Of a DNA stretch of 32,000 nt, positions 28,541 through 32,000 are shown piece by piece. Both the position numbers and the translations under genes were made by a program. The stretch covers positions 1,290,001 to 1,322,000 of the forward strand of contig OZ245049.1 in the NCBI GenBank assembly GCA_965224465.1, written 5' to 3'. The notes beneath the pieces are model-generated. The model saw nothing but the letters and a program-made list of their open reading frames with translations, had not been told where the DNA came from and searched no databases. This stretch comes from Flavobacteriaceae bacterium (lineage in GTDB: Bacteria; Bacteroidota; Bacteroidia; Flavobacteriales; Flavobacteriaceae). The first letter of the stretch is position 1; every line of letters begins with the position of its first letter.

Positions 28541-28729
28541 AATATTCTTTAGCGCATCTAAGCCCTATATCATTTGAATTATTAGATTTTTCTATAAAAA
28601 AAAGTAAAAACAGCACCCTATAACAATATTTCAGAAACCATTTGTGTGGTTTTTTAAACACTACCTTTCTCATTACTAGATAGAAGTTTAAAATAAACAC
28701 GATTATTTAATAGATTAAAAAAATACATC

Positions 28730-28737
28730 TATATTTG
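28730..28737 (+). promoter_or_regulatory. Candidate Bacteroidota -7 promoter box (TAnnTTTG) for the redox cluster
   Basis: TATATTTG lies 33 nt upstream of ATG 28770. Confidence 0.4.
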
Positions 28738-28769
28738 TCCGCATAAACTTTAACCTAACAAACTTTAAC

Positions 28770-29543
28770 ATGATGAAAAAAATAATCTTATTTGCAATTA
28801 TAGGAACGTTCCTTTCTTGCGACTGCAAACAAAAAGAACAAAAAGCAGAAGAAAACACTACGACTACTACATCTACAGAAGATAACTCAAAATTTGGAAG
28901 AAAAAACTTTGCAGTTGTTTGGAAGTGGACAACAAGCAATATAAAAGAGATTGAAGAAAACAGTGTTCAATTTTCTAAAGAAATGAATGATCTTTGGAAA
29001 AATGGAGATATTGAAAACGTATATTACAATACCGATTCTAAAATTGATAAATTAGAATACTTTCCTAATGTTACCTTTTTTATAAAAGCGAAAACAATAG
29101 AGGAAGCACGCAGTATTTTAAGTGACTTGGTTTTTATAAAAAAAGGTTTAATTACTCCAGTTATTTACCCTGTAGGAACAAAATGGTTGGCTAGAAATGA
29201 AAAATCTATTGCTAAAAAAGGACTGACTAAATCCTATGTTGCTGTTTGGAATACGACTAGAAAAATTGACCCAACTAAAGATCATGACCTAATTATGGAA
29301 CAATCTAATAAACTACTTAAACTTAATGAAAATGGAGATATTGAGAATGTTTATTGGAATTTAGGAAAAGCATCAGGTGCTTCAACAGACAAAGGAATTA
29401 CAGATTTTTTATTCTTTATAAATACAAACACAGAAGAAGAAGCTAAAAAACTGTGTGACAGCTTACCTTTCACAAAAGAAAAGATCACCTCATACACTCT
29501 AATACCAGTTGGTGTATTTTGGTTGGGAGAATTTAAAAAATAA
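28770..29543 (+). CDS. Lipoprotein with two tandem ~110-aa ferredoxin-like (muconolactone-isomerase-like) domains
   Basis: 257 aa with lipobox GTFLSC. Repeat 1 reads FAVVWKWTT...WKNGDIENVYYN...FFIKAKTIEEARSILSDL...VIYPVGTKWL. Repeat 2 reads YVAVWNTTR...NENGDIENVYWN...FFINTNTEEEAKKLCDSLPF...TLIPVGVFWL. The family assignment is tentative. Confidence 0.5.
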   Translation: MMKKIILFAIIGTFLSCDCKQKEQKAEENTTTTTSTEDNSKFGRKNFAVVWKWTTSNIKEIEENSVQFSKEMNDLWKNGDIENVYYNTDSKIDKLEYFPNVTFFIKAKTIEEARSILSDLVFIKKGLITPVIYPVGTKWLARNEKSIAKKGLTKSYVAVWNTTRKIDPTKDHDLIMEQSNKLLKLNENGDIENVYWNLGKASGASTDKGITDFLFFINTNTEEEAKKLCDSLPFTKEKITSYTLIPVGVFWLGEFKK

Positions 29544-29546
29544 AAT

Positions 29547-30800
29547 ATGAGGTTTCTAAAACAAGAATACTACTTTCCTTTTATAATCGTTGTCCACTTC
29601 ATATTTTGGGGGATTGATTTATTATTATACAAAGGAACTTATCCGTATACGACACAGCATATTATTGGAGAAGTTTTTTCTTCTTGGGTAGTTACAGTAT
29701 TTGCCATTAATTTTTTAATGGCAACAAAGGCAAATTGGATTGAAAAACTATTTGGAGGACTCGATAAAATGTATATGATTCATCGCAGAGCTGGAACTAT
29801 TGCAGTTGTACTTCTGCTATTGCATTTTATAACAGTCCCTAAAACTCTTGAATTTACAATAGGAAAACCTTTAGGTTTTATCTCATTGTCATTAATTTTA
29901 ATTGGCGTAGTACTTTCTGTAGTGCCTGTTTTTAAAAGAAAATTAAAATATCACAATTGGATAAAGATTCATAAGTTAATGGGATTATTCTATATATTGG
30001 GTATTGCACATTCTCTAACAGTTCCAACATTAACTGCAGAACTTCCAATTGTTAGAACCTATGTATTAATAATGTCTGTTATAGGAATTAGTTCTTGGAT
30101 TTACAAAATATTCTTATTCAACGTTTTTAATAAAAAACTAGAGTATACAATACAAAATGTTCAACATTTCTCCAATGATACTACCGAACTTTTACTGCAA
30201 CCAATAAACAAATCTTTAGATTTTGAAGCAGGACAATTCACATTCTTATCTATAGATGGATTTAACAATAACGAAGCACATCCTTTTACTATTAGTAACA
30301 ATAAAGGCGGCGAACAACTACGATTGACAATAAAATCTTTGGGAGATTACACGTCCTTATTACAGACAAAAATAAAAGAAGGTCTAAAAGTAAAAGTACA
30401 GGGAGCATACGGAGTCTTTAATTTTAAGAAAGCAAATCATAAAAAACAACTTTGGTTGGCTGGGGGAATTGGAATAACTCCTTTCTTATCTTTTTTACAA
30501 CAACCTTTAACTGATTTTGATATTACATTAATTTGGAGTGTAAAAACAGTAGATGAAGCTACTTATAGAAATGAAATAGAACAGGTAGCCGAAAAATACA
30601 AAAACGTTCGGTTTATTATTTGGAATTCAGATAAAAAGGGATACTTTTCAATAGACAAACTATACAATGCCTCAACAATTAAAGACCACTCTATATTTAT
30701 TTGTGGTTCAGAAGTAATGAGAGAGAGCTATATAAGTCAATTGCTAGAAAAAGGAACACCTATTGATGCTATAAATTATGAAGAATTTAGTTTTAGATAA
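29547..30800 (+). CDS. NOX/ferric-reductase-type transmembrane flavocytochrome (ferric reductase TM domain plus FAD and NAD(P)H domains)
   Basis: 417 aa with about six TM helices. His-x13-His (IHRRAGTIAVVLLLLH) and His-x12-His (IHKLMGLFYILGIAH) give the bis-heme ligand spacing of NOX/FRE proteins. FAD motif HPFTIS, NAD(P)H motif GGIGITPF, late CGS motif, C-terminal aromatic residues (EEFSFR). Confidence 0.85.
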   Translation: MRFLKQEYYFPFIIVVHFIFWGIDLLLYKGTYPYTTQHIIGEVFSSWVVTVFAINFLMATKANWIEKLFGGLDKMYMIHRRAGTIAVVLLLLHFITVPKTLEFTIGKPLGFISLSLILIGVVLSVVPVFKRKLKYHNWIKIHKLMGLFYILGIAHSLTVPTLTAELPIVRTYVLIMSVIGISSWIYKIFLFNVFNKKLEYTIQNVQHFSNDTTELLLQPINKSLDFEAGQFTFLSIDGFNNNEAHPFTISNNKGGEQLRLTIKSLGDYTSLLQTKIKEGLKVKVQGAYGVFNFKKANHKKQLWLAGGIGITPFLSFLQQPLTDFDITLIWSVKTVDEATYRNEIEQVAEKYKNVRFIIWNSDKKGYFSIDKLYNASTIKDHSIFICGSEVMRESYISQLLEKGTPIDAINYEEFSFR

Positions 30801-30809
30801 CATATAAAT

Positions 30810-31256
30810 ATGCTAACAATTATCCAGGTTTTAGAAATAGTTTCATTGGTCTCTGTAGGAATAGTTACAGGTTCAACTTTTTATTCTTCGATGGTAGAAA
30901 TACCCGTACGTACAAAAACATCTGAAATTCAACAGATGGAAAATTGGCGTTTGGTATTTCCAAAAGCAAGTAGCTTGCTAAAAACTATGGGGAATATAAC
31001 AATGGTTCTTATTTTATTAACTTGGTATTTAACAAAAAATACGGGATGGCTTATTGGAGCCATCCCGTTATTTCTTTTAATTCCTTTTACTGCTATTTTT
31101 ATAGCAAGAACAAATCGTAAAATCATCGCTAAAAAAGATATGAAAGGTGTTTCTAAAATCATACGAAGTTGGGATAAATTACATCACGTTCGTACGGTAT
31201 TAGCAATTATCTCTTTTCTTATTTGCACCGTTACTCTTGTACTTAAGCATTCATAA
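30810..31256 (+). CDS. DUF1772-like (anthrone-oxygenase-like) four-TM membrane protein
   Basis: 148 aa with four hydrophobic segments. The pattern WRLVFPKAS...IFIARTNRKI...WDKLHHVRTVLAIISF resembles DUF1772 family proteins. Confidence 0.55.
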   Translation: MLTIIQVLEIVSLVSVGIVTGSTFYSSMVEIPVRTKTSEIQQMENWRLVFPKASSLLKTMGNITMVLILLTWYLTKNTGWLIGAIPLFLLIPFTAIFIARTNRKIIAKKDMKGVSKIIRSWDKLHHVRTVLAIISFLICTVTLVLKHS

Positions 31257-31380
31257 CCAATAATTCATACACATTGGGATCGTTTTAAAAAGACATCCAA
31301 AGTACAGCTTCCCTCCTATTATTTAGCGCATTATTAAAATACGTCAGGTCTCCAACTCATTCTACAAAATAAGTCAATCA

Positions 31381-31456
31381 ATGGAAGGAACTTTTCAACA
31401 ACGCTGCAACGTAAAATAAACTATTTATATCGGTCATCTTAGATTATAGTTGGTAT
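31381..31456 (-). repeat. MITE-like repeat, copy 5 (inverted orientation, 5' half only)
   Basis: The reverse complement reads ATACCAACTATAATCTAAGATGACCGATATAAATAGTTTATTTTACGTTGCAGCGTTGTTGAAAA..TTCCTTCCAT. It is nearly identical to the first half of copy 1, and similarity is then lost. Confidence 0.7.
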
Positions 31457-32000
31457 TACATCAAATTTGCGTTTTATCTTTTTTTTGGAAACGAATACAA
31501 ATTATACTTTATAGTGTCTCATTATATGGTTTCTTTTTCACAAGCTCTTTGTGAAAAAAGTTTACTAAACAAAGGTAATTCTAAGCTGTTTTGTCTTGAA
31601 AAAATAATTCAATATACTCATATGATTTTAGGAAATTAAACGGGGATCACTCTATAAAAACAACATCATTTAACACCTTTTTCTTAAGTCCATAACCTAA
31701 ATGCAAGCCCATGAGGCATAAAAAAGAAAAAAACTTAATCATTTCGATGCGAGCATTGAGGAATTAAACCCACTGGTGGGATTAAATTCACTAGAAAAGA
31801 CAGTCTCAGACACTTCTCAAAAACAAGCACATTTATTCCCTTACAAAAACACGTTTTAACCGCTCATTCTTCTTCGTTTTTTAAAAACCAACACCTTATA
31901 AAAAAAACAATTGATAACTATAACGTTATCGTAAAACAAGGGCAATCTGATCAAAAATCACAAAAAACAACAAATTAAACAGTTTTTGAACAATCACCCC

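Noticed and set aside
28745-28769. Direct repeat AAACTTTAAC x2 directly upstream of the 28770 start codon
   Set aside because: By my rough estimate, close 10-bp direct repeats are expected once or twice per window by chance. MarR sites are usually palindromic, so there is no supporting evidence.
31920-31929. Perfect CG-centred palindrome ATAACGTTAT resembling a LacI-family operator
   Set aside because: Ten-bp perfect palindromes are expected many times by chance at this base composition. It also lies 31 kb from the (broken) LacI gene, next to unknown downstream sequence.

Overview
AT-rich, Bacteroidota (Flavobacteriia-like) chromosomal segment in three parts. (1) Positions 1-24712 hold a polysaccharide utilization locus (PUL), all on the + strand. 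It contains a frameshifted LacI-family regulator, a hybrid two-component sensor/AraC regulator, a surface-type lipoprotein, a SusC/SusD pair, a large PhoD-like metallophosphatase, a chondroitinase-ABC-like PL8 lyase, two Cys-type S1 sulfatases, a GH88 unsaturated glucuronyl hydrolase, a right-handed beta-helix protein and a small DNRLRE-like putative carbohydrate-binding protein. The enzyme logic is that of a glycosaminoglycan (chondroitin/dermatan sulfate or hyaluronan-like) PUL, but four members have no role in the known pathway. (2) Positions 25400-27220 (- strand) hold a two-gene operon: an outer-membrane beta-barrel candidate and an S41 peptidase lipoprotein. (3) Positions 27737-31256 (+ strand) hold a MarR regulator followed by a redox cluster. 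The cluster comprises a lipoprotein with a duplicated ferredoxin-like domain, a complete NOX/ferric-reductase-type bis-heme flavocytochrome, and a DUF1772-like membrane protein. A ~155-bp MITE-like repeat with imperfect terminal inverted repeats occurs at least five to six times in the intergenic regions, with three copies in one 687-bp spacer. No rRNA, tRNA, CRISPR array, transposase or integrase was recognised. All functional calls rest on motif recognition by eye; no database search was run.
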